Positions 45,973 through 55,509 of a stretch of 64,000 bases of DNA are shown here, piece after piece. The stretch covers positions 42,211-106,210 of the forward strand of contig CAVBCV010000002.1 of NCBI GenBank assembly GCA_963594125.1. The letters are read 5' to 3'. A program made the translations under genes and the position numbers. The DNA comes from Lachnospiraceae bacterium (GTDB lineage: Bacteria; Pseudomonadota; Alphaproteobacteria; RF32; CAG-239). Under the pieces are notes generated by a model that made no database searches, had not been told where the DNA came from, and saw nothing but the letters and a program-made list of their open reading frames with translations. How positions within the stretch are numbered: the stretch's first letter is position 1; every line of letters begins with the position of its first letter.

Positions 45973-47157
45973 TTAATTGCCGAAAAAGCCATCCATACGG
46001 TCGCCGAGTTCCTCAGCTCTTTTACCGGTTTGGTAAGTTTCTCTGCCTAAAACAGCAGCGCCACCTGCCGCATCAGCTCCACCCTGAATACCGCCGGTTA
46101 CAGTACCAACCGCCGTGCCAACACCGGAGTTAGCAATGCCTGACGATCCGGCGTTAGTGCCGCTGACGCCGTCAATCACATAGCCCAAATTAGCTAAAAA
46201 GTTTTGGAAATTACCGTTAAGTTGACCGCTGCTGGTGTAAATTTGGTCAGCGCTCATCCCAACCGACGCCGCCAACGCGCCCAATTTATCTAACGCCTTG
46301 CCGTCACCGGAGATAATATCGCCGATACGCACCGCGCCGTTTTCAGTGGCTTTTTTGAGTAATTTAGCGTATTCAACCGCGTTAAGAGCCTGATTGGCAC
46401 CGGCAATACCGGCATTGGCGATGCGAATAATATCCGCCATTACCTGCGCCGGATTTTTTTGGCATACACCGTTTTGAATTTTGCCGGAACAGCATTGACG
46501 CGCGCCGTTGTTATAACGACAGCCGTTGGAATCCCAGTCGGTAACCGTAGGAGCATTGCTACTGGTCGGCGGAATTATACCGCCGCCGTTAGCGCCTTCA
46601 GCGCCGCTGCTGACGCCGGGGATAGCCGGCAGATTAAAGCCGCCGGATTGTGTGCCAGGGTCATCTTTGCCGTCAGGATCTTTATCGCCGGGGGTTTTGT
46701 CAAGCTGGTCTTGCATTTCTTGGTTAGGATCTCGGTCAGGGTTGCCGTCCGGGCATTCTTGACCTTTACAATCTTTGCCGCCGTCGTCTGTTTCCGGAAT
46801 GTCGCTGCCTTGAATTGACGAGCCGCCGCGAATAAAGTTGCCGTAGCTGAACTGAGAATCTTCAAGATTAACTCCGGCAAAATAGTTAATAAACGGCATC
46901 ATTACCGCTAATAACGACAAACCAATCATGATATAAGCAAGGTGCTTAAAGCTGATTTTGTTAAAAATCGCCAGCGTGGTGAACATAATTAAGCCGAAAC
47001 CGGCAATAACATAAACAATACGGCGAACATCTATCACCGTGGTCATCATTTTTTGCGATATTACCTGAAAGATGTTATCCGCCGCCATGGCGCTTGCCGG
47101 AAGCAGCAGCACGCCCAAAAGCAGAGTTAAAAACAAATATTTAAATTGATGTTTCAT
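45973..47157 (-). CDS. VirB2/TrbC-like pilin core with about 280-aa Gly-rich, Cys-containing C-terminal extension
   Basis: Signal peptide MKHQFKYLFLTLLLGVLLLPASAMA. Two hydrophobic helices (IVYVIAGFGLIMFTTLAIF / AYIMIGLSLLAVMMPFINYF) as in T-pilins. A long G/D/P-rich tail with CxxxxC pairs follows. Confidence 0.5.
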   Translation of the reverse strand: MKHQFKYLFLTLLLGVLLLPASAMAADNIFQVISQKMMTTVIDVRRIVYVIAGFGLIMFTTLAIFNKISFKHLAYIMIGLSLLAVMMPFINYFAGVNLEDSQFSYGNFIRGGSSIQGSDIPETDDGGKDCKGQECPDGNPDRDPNQEMQDQLDKTPGDKDPDGKDDPGTQSGGFNLPAIPGVSSGAEGANGGGIIPPTSSNAPTVTDWDSNGCRYNNGARQCCSGKIQNGVCQKNPAQVMADIIRIANAGIAGANQALNAVEYAKLLKKATENGAVRIGDIISGDGKALDKLGALAASVGMSADQIYTSSGQLNGNFQNFLANLGYVIDGVSGTNAGSSGIANSGVGTAVGTVTGGIQGGADAAGGAAVLGRETYQTGKRAEELGDRMDGFFGN

Positions 47158-47179
47158 GACCGCCTCCGTTTAAGTTAAA

Positions 47180-47530
47180 TTATTCGCCGGTTTTTAAGGT
47201 GTCGGAAATGCCGCTGACACTGATATCCGCGCCGGTGCCCGCCGCTAAATAGTTAATAATGCCGGCGGTGGCGGCTATTACTATCAGACCGATAATAATG
47301 GCGCTGAGCCACTTCCAGTTAAGGGCGCCGAAAAAGCTGCCGATGGCGATGGCGATAATACCAAAACCGGCGGCGCCGTAAATAATGCCTTTCATGCCCT
47401 CAAAAATTTCACCGCCGGTTCGGGTTAAATCTTCAAACACGGCGTAAGAATCAGTTGCGCATAAAATTGAAGAAAGCGCAAAAACCAGCAAACCAAAGCT
47501 GAGGTATTTCTTTAAATTTATAAGCAACAT
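47180..47530 (-). CDS. virB2: VirB2/TrbC-like T-pilin
   Basis: 116 aa. Signal peptide plus two TM helices (GIIYGAAGFGIIAIAIGSFFGAL / LSAIIIGLIVIAATAGIINYL). Confidence 0.6.
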   Translation of the reverse strand: MLLINLKKYLSFGLLVFALSSILCATDSYAVFEDLTRTGGEIFEGMKGIIYGAAGFGIIAIAIGSFFGALNWKWLSAIIIGLIVIAATAGIINYLAAGTGADISVSGISDTLKTGE

Positions 47531-47539
47531 TGTTTAATT

Positions 47540-47572
47540 CTCCTTAAAATAATTTAAGCGCAGGGGAAAGCG
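47540..47572 (-). terminator. possible attenuator/terminator between virB2 paralogs
   Basis: GC-rich hairpin caggggaaagc-gcga-ggctttcccc with a flanking T-run on the plus strand and an A-run on the other side. Confidence 0.3.
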
Positions 47573-47602
47573 CGAGGCTTTCCCCTTTTTTGATGGCACA
47601 AA

Positions 47603-47979
47603 TTAGAAGCCATTACCTGTTGATTGTTTGAAGGTATCATCAAATCCGGTTGAACCTTCTTGAATTTTCTTTTGACCGGTTGCGTAATCAACAATCGCAC
47701 CGGCAGCGGCAAGCACCGCCAAACCAACGGCTAAACCTGCGAACCATGCCCATTTTACTTTACCGAAAATAGCTTGGAACGCCAAGCCGACTAAACCGAA
47801 ACCGCCGACTACGAAAATAATGGTTTTAACGGCTTTGAACACGTTAAGAGCTTTATTAGTAGCAATATCCATAACCGTCGTACCACCAACAGTTTGAGCA
47901 CTTGCATCGCCGACCAAAGACATCGTAAAGACTAAGCCTAAGGCGAACAATGTGAATAAATTGTTTTTAAGAAACTTCA
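47603..47979 (-). CDS. virB2: VirB2/TrbC-like T-pilin (first gene of operon)
   Basis: Start at MKFLKNNLFTLFALGLVFTMSLVGDASA (ATG 47979, RBS AAGGAG). Two TM helices (IIFVVGGFGLVGLAFQAIF / AWFAGLAVGLAVLAAAGAIV). Confidence 0.6.
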
Positions 47980-48389
47980 TTGTTTTTCTCCTTAAATATC
48001 GTGACAAAACTTCTTATACACTTATAGAATACCAGATTTGAGAACATTTTGCCAGTTTTTTATAGTCTGCGCAATTTTTGTTAACACTTTGTTTTTAATA
48101 CAAAAACATGCCGTGTAACAAAAAATTCATATTCACCTTCGGCATTCAATACGGGCTTTAGTATATTTTTAAAAGGTAAAAAAATCTCTAATTTTTTAAA
48201 ACAGCTTTTGGTTTAAAAATTTGCAAAACGCTTGCGGCAGAAAAAATTTCCGCAACTTCATTATATTAACGCAATTTTAAGGTTATCAGTTGTATCTTTT
48301 TTATAACCGGAAGGGCGATTTGCGCCCAAATTGTATGCAAACGCATTGATTTGGCGTGATAAATTGCCGTATTAGGAGTTTGGAATTTT

Positions 48390-50177
48390 ATGCAGAAAAA
48401 AGCAGTTAAAAACTTTGTTTACAGCTTTTTATTCTCTTTACTGGCGGTTGCCGCCGTCGGTAAAGTGTTTTTCCGCGCGCCGGAAGCTCCGAAAAACCAA
48501 ACCGGAAATAAAGTTATTAAAACGCAGGATATATCGCTGTTTTCAAAGCCGAAAGACTTAACGGTTCGGCAGATTGCCGCCGCGCCCGCGGTTGACGTGA
48601 GCGCGATTGAGGCTTTAACCGCTCCCGCTCCGGCGGCGGAAATTGCCGCGCCGGAAGAGGCTTTAGAGCCAAAGCCGGAAGTTTTGGCGGAAAACATTAA
48701 TAATATTACAACAGATACTATTACCGCGGAAAGCAACATAATTACCAAGCCTGAACTTAGCACTGACCTTGCCGCCGCGCAGGAAATTGTGTTAGAGCCG
48801 GAAGAGATAGCTTCCGCGCAGGCTGCCGCGCCCGCTTATGAGCAAAGCGGTATTGTGTATGCCGACATCAGCGACACGCTGCAAGATGAAAAAATACAAA
48901 ATATTATGTTAAGCAAACCTTCTGAGCCGCTCAAAATTTTGTACGCGCCGGAAGATGAAGATATTAGCGCTGAAAATATTGTGGTGGCGGAAAATACGGC
49001 AACCGATAACGCCGCTTTAAGCGTTGCCCAGATTGAAGACGACGAAATTCCGCTGGTGGAAACATCCGGCACACTGCATAAGCAAATTGAAGTGCAAAAC
49101 TCCGCGTCAGGTTCTGAAATTGCGATGTTGGAGCCGAATATTTTGGTTAACACCATTGAGGAAGCGGACGCTCCGGAAGAAAAAACTTTAGCGGAAGCCG
49201 ACTTAAAGCAAAACGAATGGCAGCAGATGTCGGAAAAACAGCCGGAAGAAAGCCCGTGGGTGGTGGCTAAAGGCAATCGGTTTGCTAAAAACAAGGCGGT
49301 AGTGGAGCAATTTGCGCAAAGCGAACAAACTTTGGCGGAAACTCCGGCTCCGGCAGAAGAAGAGGTTGACGAATCTCAATCTGAGCCGGAAGAACAAACA
49401 AGCCTTTTGCGCCCCGCCGCGGAAGATGAAAACATCAGTTTGGCGCTTAAAGAAGAGGACAGTAACATTTCAGGCGGCGAAACCAAAGTGGCTTACCAGA
49501 TGGTGCCCAACCTTTTGATTCCGATACCGGACGATATTGCCAACGACCCGAATTTAACGCCGCAGCTCTCATATTCGCCCGATGACAAACCGGCTAAAAA
49601 AGACGAGGCTAAAGAAACCGCCGCGGCAACTCCGAACGATGAGGGCGGTTTAAATGAAGATGAAAAGAAAACCGGCTTATTTAAAAGTATAACCTCATGG
49701 TTTGCCGGTAACAAAGATAAAAGTAAAGATGAAAACCCGCAGACCGAAATCAGCCAATCGTCAGGGCAAAGCCGCAGCACTTTTGACTTTTTCGGCGTGG
49801 GAAGCAAGTTTCCGGGGCAGAGCAAACCGGCAAAAATTCTGCCGGCGGAGCTGAGACTTTCGTTTCAGCCCAACAGAGCGGAAATTTCAGGGCAGACTTT
49901 GCGCTGGATTCACGCTTTTGCCGATAACGCGCGCGACAATGACGATTTGTATATTGAAATCAGAATTGACGGCACCAGCTCATTTGCCCTGCAAAAGAAA
50001 AGGCTTAACCTGTTAAGCACTATTTTAGCAAACCGCGGAGTGGATTACAGAAAAATTAATATTGTGTTCACCTCGCGCGAGCCAAATTCATTTATTATTA
50101 GGAATATTCGGTTTAACAATAATGAAGAGGTTGTGATAAGCAAAGACAATGACAACTCTTATTACCGCCCATGGTAA
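48390..50177 (+). CDS. membrane-anchored acidic low-complexity protein with possible C-terminal OmpA/MotB-like domain
   Basis: N-terminal TM (FVYSFLFSLLAVAAVGKVFF). About 450 aa E/A/P-rich acidic region. The C-terminal approximately 110 aa (LRLSFQPNRAEISGQTLRWIHAFADNA...YIEIRIDGTSSFALQKKRLNLLSTILANRGVDYRKINI) loosely matches the OmpA-like peptidoglycan-binding pattern. Divergently transcribed from virB2. Confidence 0.45.
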   Translation: MQKKAVKNFVYSFLFSLLAVAAVGKVFFRAPEAPKNQTGNKVIKTQDISLFSKPKDLTVRQIAAAPAVDVSAIEALTAPAPAAEIAAPEEALEPKPEVLAENINNITTDTITAESNIITKPELSTDLAAAQEIVLEPEEIASAQAAAPAYEQSGIVYADISDTLQDEKIQNIMLSKPSEPLKILYAPEDEDISAENIVVAENTATDNAALSVAQIEDDEIPLVETSGTLHKQIEVQNSASGSEIAMLEPNILVNTIEEADAPEEKTLAEADLKQNEWQQMSEKQPEESPWVVAKGNRFAKNKAVVEQFAQSEQTLAETPAPAEEEVDESQSEPEEQTSLLRPAAEDENISLALKEEDSNISGGETKVAYQMVPNLLIPIPDDIANDPNLTPQLSYSPDDKPAKKDEAKETAAATPNDEGGLNEDEKKTGLFKSITSWFAGNKDKSKDENPQTEISQSSGQSRSTFDFFGVGSKFPGQSKPAKILPAELRLSFQPNRAEISGQTLRWIHAFADNARDNDDLYIEIRIDGTSSFALQKKRLNLLSTILANRGVDYRKINIVFTSREPNSFIIRNIRFNNNEEVVISKDNDNSYYRPW

Positions 50178-50264
50178 TAAGTTTTGCGCGGCGCTTGATT
50201 ATTTGAAATTCAACCTGTATGATGGAACAACAATGTAATGAAGTATGACATAGGGGAATTAAAT

Positions 50265-51020
50265 ATGAATAATAAATTACTCTTATCCGCCTGCCTGTTG
50301 TGTTTGGGTATGGCCGGCTGTGTGCGCTATAATTCAGCTTACACGGCTCAATGCAACGGTCCTGAGTGCCCGATGGACGTGTATATTGATGAAACATACG
50401 CCGCCATTCCGCCGGAGGGATATATCTGCCAAAATGCGGCAGACCCCAATATGTGTCCGAACGACCCGTATGTGAACTACACCCGCACCGCCGCCGATTT
50501 TAGAGAATACGGCGAAAGAACTCCCCGCGACAGATTAGTCTCGCAGGCCGGCGCAGGCAATAACCTCTCGGCGTCTATTCCCCCGTCAGTTGAAGATGAG
50601 GTTATTGAGTATGAAGAACAAGCAGGCGTTGCCGCTGAACCTGAAGTGCCAGAAGAAGAAAAAGTTGCTCCTGAGGACATAAAAGTTGATGAAACTATTG
50701 TTGCCGATACAGAAAATGATTCTGATGAAAATTCAGATGATGTGGAAGATCCGGTTCAGGATTGGCTTGCTGAAGAAGGTCAAAACCTTAAAGCTTTGCT
50801 TACTGAATGGAGCGAGCAGTCTGGCTGGCGCTTGGTTTGGAACACCAACCGCAATTATGTTTTGAACGCCGGAGCTATGTTTAGAGGACGCTTTGCCGAT
50901 GTCAGCTCGGCTTTAATCAGAGCTTTCGCCCGCGCCCGTCCGGCTCCGATTGCAACATTTTATAAAGGAAACCGCGTATTAGTCGTTGAAACGATGGAGG
51001 ATGAAAATGCGTATGAATAA
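50265..51020 (+). CDS. lipoprotein with TcpQ/PilL-like C-terminal domain
   Basis: MNNKLLLSACLLCLGMAGC lipobox. Acidic middle region. C-terminal LKALLTEWSEQSGWRLVWNTNRNYVLNAGAMFRGRFADVSSALIRAF resembles TcpQ/PilL-type pilotin-like domains that accompany type IVb secretins. Translationally coupled to the secretin gene. Confidence 0.5.
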   Translation: MNNKLLLSACLLCLGMAGCVRYNSAYTAQCNGPECPMDVYIDETYAAIPPEGYICQNAADPNMCPNDPYVNYTRTAADFREYGERTPRDRLVSQAGAGNNLSASIPPSVEDEVIEYEEQAGVAAEPEVPEEEKVAPEDIKVDETIVADTENDSDENSDDVEDPVQDWLAEEGQNLKALLTEWSEQSGWRLVWNTNRNYVLNAGAMFRGRFADVSSALIRAFARARPAPIATFYKGNRVLVVETMEDENAYE

Positions 51021-52626
51021 GTTTTTTAATTTAGCTCTTGGTACGGCAGTTGCCGCTTTGGTTGCGGCGTGCTCCGTTTCAACCGACCTGGACGCAACTT
51101 TGGACCGCGAAGTTGAAAACACCGTGGCTTTGAAAGAAAAAGCCAAGGCTCCGGTTACTCCGGCGGTTACTGATGTTATCAGAGTTAATGACGATATTTG
51201 GCTCGGCGACACCAGTGAAGTTGAGTATGAGGGCGATCCGGTTCCGAGTTATTTGGAAACTCCGGACGGCGTTACCTTAATCAGCAACCGCCCGATTACG
51301 TTATATGAAATCGGCGATATGCTGAACAAAATTACTTCACTTTCAGTCAGATACGATCCGACTTTGGAAGAAACTTCAAAGCAGCAGGCTGACGGCAACG
51401 CGCCTAACTTGGAATCTATCGGCGCGCAGTGGACCGACAGCACCAAAATGCTTGTTTCATACAAAGGTCCTTTGAGCGGCTTGCTTGATGAAGTTTGCAA
51501 CCGTTTCGGCATTTGGTGGAAATATGAAAAGAAACAAATTTATTTTTATAAATTTATCACCAAAACCTTTGTGTTATACACCTTGCCTACCAAACCGACC
51601 TTGTCGGTTAACGTCGGCGGCTCGTCTACCGACGGCAGCGCGGGTTCATCATCTGTTTCACTCAGCAACACCGCAAATATTGACTTGTGGGCTAATATTG
51701 AATCATCAATTAAATCAATGATTAGCAATGAGGCTCAGTTGACGATGGATCAGTCAAACGGCACCATCACTTTGACCGGCACTCCGACCGATATTCGCAA
51801 AGTGGCAAAATTTGTTAATGAACAAAACATCCGCCTTTCACGGCAAGTTGCCATCAGCGTTAAGGTTTTGCAGGTTAATGTTTCAGATTCAGACCAATAT
51901 GGTCTTAACCTTTCCGCCGCGTTTAAGGGCAACAACCACATCACTGATTTAGGTTTGGCAAGTCCGGGCGGTTTGGGCGCTGAGGTTACCAACAACCTGT
52001 CTATGACAATTTTATCCGGTCAGTGGACTTTGGCAGGCGCTATTCAAGCCCTTTCAGAGCAAGGCACCACCAACTTAATCACCAGTGGTACGGTTACAAC
52101 CTTGAACAACAAACCGGCTCCTATTCAGGTGGTTAAAACTCAGAACTATATTTCTGAAATTACTAAAACCAACTCCGGCAGCGACGGCAGCTATTATGAC
52201 CTTTCCACCACTACGGAGGAAATTGAAACCGGCTTTACGCTTGATGTTTTGCCGCGTATTTTGGAGCACGGCCGCTTGATGTTGATGTTTAACCTAACCT
52301 TGTCTGACCTTATTGAACTTGAAAGAGTTGATTTGGGCAGCGGCTCAAGCACCGAGGGCGAAACCAGCGGTCAATACATTCAAAACCCGATTATTGAAAC
52401 CCGCGGCTTTACGCAGGAAGTTGCCTTGAAATCAGGCGAAACCTTAATCTTGAGCGGTTATGAACGTGTTGAAAACACCGCTAAAAAAACCGGCGTAGGT
52501 TCGGCTGAAAACTCACTCTTGGGCGGCACCGCAACGGCTGAAAAAACTCGCAGTATCTTGGTTATTATGTTAACCCCTGTGGTTTTGGACTCCCCGCTTG
52601 TGCCCGAATCCAGAATGAAATACTAA
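51007..52626 (+). CDS. pilN: type IVb pilus secretin lipoprotein (PilN/TcpC-like)
   Basis: Lipobox ALVAAC. Secretin N-domain (ITLTGTPTDIRKVAKFVNEQNIRLSRQVAISVKVLQVNVSD) and C-terminal secretin domain (IIETRGFTQEVALKSGETLILSGYERVENT...RSILVIMLTPVVL). The exact start (51001/51007/51013) is uncertain. Confidence 0.8.
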   Translation: MRMNKFFNLALGTAVAALVAACSVSTDLDATLDREVENTVALKEKAKAPVTPAVTDVIRVNDDIWLGDTSEVEYEGDPVPSYLETPDGVTLISNRPITLYEIGDMLNKITSLSVRYDPTLEETSKQQADGNAPNLESIGAQWTDSTKMLVSYKGPLSGLLDEVCNRFGIWWKYEKKQIYFYKFITKTFVLYTLPTKPTLSVNVGGSSTDGSAGSSSVSLSNTANIDLWANIESSIKSMISNEAQLTMDQSNGTITLTGTPTDIRKVAKFVNEQNIRLSRQVAISVKVLQVNVSDSDQYGLNLSAAFKGNNHITDLGLASPGGLGAEVTNNLSMTILSGQWTLAGAIQALSEQGTTNLITSGTVTTLNNKPAPIQVVKTQNYISEITKTNSGSDGSYYDLSTTTEEIETGFTLDVLPRILEHGRLMLMFNLTLSDLIELERVDLGSGSSTEGETSGQYIQNPIIETRGFTQEVALKSGETLILSGYERVENTAKKTGVGSAENSLLGGTATAEKTRSILVIMLTPVVLDSPLVPESRMKY

Positions 52627-52644
52627 CAGTAAAGGAATAATACC

Positions 52645-53937
52645 GTGTTAGAGGATGCTAATTTAGATGAAAACTATTCCGGCGAAGTTAATTCGGCGGA
52701 ACGAGACGAAACCAAGGCTTGGGGTACCAGCTTTGATATAGGCGGCGTGACTTATGCCGCAAGCTTGTTCTGGCAGCCTCTGCAAAATCGGGACGACCCG
52801 TTTGTTGAAATTATTGAGGCTTCCGAAAACGTTTTGGAAGGCGCCGACCTCTTCTGCTTAAAACCCGGTAAATCGCCGCAATTCGGTTTGTGCGTTTCAT
52901 ATCAGGGCTATAAAAAGAAAATGTCGGCGGCGGCGGTCTCGGTTTCAACCGCGCTTTCTGACCGCTCGTCATTTTTGGCAGTGTTTAAGGTTAGCAATGG
53001 ATGGTGGTATGTCTGCGCTCGTAACGATATAATCCTGTCCGATGGCGATATGCTCTTTTTAAATGAAGAGGACGCCAAAGAACAGTTTATGTCAATGCTC
53101 GCGGTTCCGGATTGGGGTCGCAAAATCGCGCCGGAAGAGTGGGGCTTGGACGATATTGAAAATATATCGCTTGAAAGCCTGCTTGAAAAAGGCGCCGACG
53201 CAAAACTGCAAAAAATCAGAGCATTGCGCGGACCAAAACTGTTTGCCGTGGTGGCAGCAGTCGGCGTTGCCGCAATTTGGCTCGTTTCAACCTTAATCAA
53301 CTCGGTATTTTTGGCGCCGCCGAAAAAGCCGATTGTTACTCCGGTGCCCATCAGGCAAATTGAAAAAGCGCCTCCTCCGCCGGAGCCTAAGCCATGGGAA
53401 AACCTGCAAGACCCGCAAGCCGTTTTAATCGGTTGCTTAAAAGCTACGCAAGACGTGGTCGGCATTGTTACTCCGGGATGGAAAATTGAGGGTATTACCT
53501 GCACTCCGACCGGCTTGGTTACCTCATGGAAACGCGAAATCGGGCGTATTTCATGGATTGATAAAGCGCTTAATAAATCAGGCGTTACGTTTTCAAGCCG
53601 CTCTATTGCCGCTAACGGTAACAGCGTGATTGTTTCAGTGCCGATTACGGGCGTTAACACCTTTAATTCGCCACCGGAAATGAACGGTGTTGATTTGGTT
53701 AACACCTTAAACGATTTGTTCCAAGGATTGCAAATGCCTATCAGTATGAATACTGAGACTTGGACATCTCCGCAGAAAAATGTTTATCGTTCGGTAAAAT
53801 TCAGCTTTACTTCCAACCATGATCCTAAACAATGGTTAGGTTTGTTAATGAAATTTTCAGGACTTAAGATTAATACTATTAAATATGATATAAACAGCCA
53901 TAACTGGTATTACGAAGGAGCAATATATGTATTATAA
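52645..53937 (+). CDS. bitopic assembly protein, PilO2/GspL-like
   Basis: GTG start. About 190-aa cytoplasmic N-domain, single TM (LFAVVAAVGVAAIWLVSTLI), Pro-rich linker and about 200-aa periplasmic domain. The size and position match PilO of R64/PAPI-1-type clusters. Confidence 0.45.
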   Translation: MLEDANLDENYSGEVNSAERDETKAWGTSFDIGGVTYAASLFWQPLQNRDDPFVEIIEASENVLEGADLFCLKPGKSPQFGLCVSYQGYKKKMSAAAVSVSTALSDRSSFLAVFKVSNGWWYVCARNDIILSDGDMLFLNEEDAKEQFMSMLAVPDWGRKIAPEEWGLDDIENISLESLLEKGADAKLQKIRALRGPKLFAVVAAVGVAAIWLVSTLINSVFLAPPKKPIVTPVPIRQIEKAPPPPEPKPWENLQDPQAVLIGCLKATQDVVGIVTPGWKIEGITCTPTGLVTSWKREIGRISWIDKALNKSGVTFSSRSIAANGNSVIVSVPITGVNTFNSPPEMNGVDLVNTLNDLFQGLQMPISMNTETWTSPQKNVYRSVKFSFTSNHDPKQWLGLLMKFSGLKINTIKYDINSHNWYYEGAIYVL

Positions 53938-55495
53938 GCTTTTAAATAAAAATTTACTCACTGCCGCTTTGGTTTCTCTTATTACTTTAAGCGTTGCCAA
54001 AACCTGTGAGGCTCAGGGCGTTGTTTCATTGGTTGAAGACAACAACGCGGTTGCGCCGCAGAAAAATACCGAAAAGGCTGCTAAACCAAGCGCAGATTTA
54101 ATGAGCCCGGAAGTGCCCGACGTTTTGGACGATGATGTTATTCCGCTTGACAGCGGGTTAATCTCACCGGCTCCGGCAACCGTTCCGGCTCCGAAGGCTA
54201 TGGCTCCTAAACCGGCTCCGGCAGCAAATGCCGCTCCGAAAGCGGACATTGCTCCGGCTCCGAAAGCTGACGCTAAAAATCCGGCGCCGGAAGCTTTTGA
54301 CGCCGATATGGATTTTTCACTCGGTATGGAAAACGTTGAAAACAACGATGTTCCGGCTCCCGCTCCGGCAAACGGCGTTGCTCCGACCACTTCACCGCTC
54401 GGCGCGCCTGCCGCGTCATCGCCTTTGATGGCTCAGCCTGAAGCTCCGAAACCGGCTCCGGCTAATAAAGAGTTTGGCGACAGCGTGCTTGAAAAAGTAA
54501 ATAACGACCTGTTTAACCAGATGTCGGATATTGAAAAACAAACCACATTGCTTACTTTGGAACTGCGCCGCGAAAAGGTCAGAAACGAAATTGAGGCGAT
54601 TAAGGCTCAGCGCGCTAAGGCTATGGAAGAAAAACTTGCCGCTGAAGAAGAAAAGAAACGTCAGGAATTTGAGTGGAAAAAAGAACAAGAAGCTAAAGTT
54701 TTAAGAGAACAACAGCTTTTGAAAGAAAAAGAAATTGAACTTGAAAAATTAAAGCAGAAAAAGGCTCTGACCGCTTATATGAACCAGATGTTGGAGCAGA
54801 ATCAGCAGTGGATTGCCGAAAATGCTAAAATTTACAAGCAAATGCAGCAGGTTGAAGAAGATCGCAAAAACCTGGCTGACAACTTCAAGAAAAAACTTGA
54901 AGAGCTGACAACCGTTTCAAACAAAACCGTTCAAGCCGCCAATACTGCCAAAAGCAATCACGACCGTACGGTTGCAAGCTTGACCGCGCAGAATATTCAG
55001 CTTAAAAAACGTATTGAAGCTGACGCTTTGGCGGCAAAGAATCGGCAGCAAAATCCGTTTGCGGCGGATGGCAAAGACGGCGACAAGCAAGGAGTTTCAA
55101 CCTCGGTTGACGCTAAAATCGCGCCGGTTAACATTGCTAAAGAATACGCCATTATGGAAATTATCGGCAAAGGCGAAAATTTAACCGCCAAACTGATTAA
55201 CAAAGAAGGCGAATCGTTCCTCGCTCGCAAAGGCACTCTGTTGCACACCGGTCACACCATTGAAGACATTACGCAAAACTATATTCAGTTTGACCGTAAC
55301 GGCTTGAAAGATTATCTGTATACCAGCAGCAGCACCATGACGGCTGAGCCTGATAAAATGGACGGCACCGCCACTACCGATAAAGCTCCGCAACCGCAGC
55401 AGGCTCCGGCGCAACAACCGGCTCAGCAGCAGAGCTCAGGTATTTCCTCAGACAGAGGCATCCCTTCATTGGGAACAGGTATGTTTATTAAGTAA
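53927..55495 (+). CDS. PilP-like periplasmic protein with Ala/Pro-rich and coiled-coil regions
   Basis: Signal peptide. AP-rich low-complexity region. Long coiled coil. C-terminal beta-domain (YAIMEIIGKGENLTAKLINKEGESFLARKGTLLHTGHTIEDITQNYIQF) resembling PilP/GspC HR domains. Confidence 0.45.
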   Translation: MYYKLLNKNLLTAALVSLITLSVAKTCEAQGVVSLVEDNNAVAPQKNTEKAAKPSADLMSPEVPDVLDDDVIPLDSGLISPAPATVPAPKAMAPKPAPAANAAPKADIAPAPKADAKNPAPEAFDADMDFSLGMENVENNDVPAPAPANGVAPTTSPLGAPAASSPLMAQPEAPKPAPANKEFGDSVLEKVNNDLFNQMSDIEKQTTLLTLELRREKVRNEIEAIKAQRAKAMEEKLAAEEEKKRQEFEWKKEQEAKVLREQQLLKEKEIELEKLKQKKALTAYMNQMLEQNQQWIAENAKIYKQMQQVEEDRKNLADNFKKKLEELTTVSNKTVQAANTAKSNHDRTVASLTAQNIQLKKRIEADALAAKNRQQNPFAADGKDGDKQGVSTSVDAKIAPVNIAKEYAIMEIIGKGENLTAKLINKEGESFLARKGTLLHTGHTIEDITQNYIQFDRNGLKDYLYTSSSTMTAEPDKMDGTATTDKAPQPQQAPAQQPAQQQSSGISSDRGIPSLGTGMFIK

Positions 55496-55509
55496 TAAGG
55501 GTACGCTCA

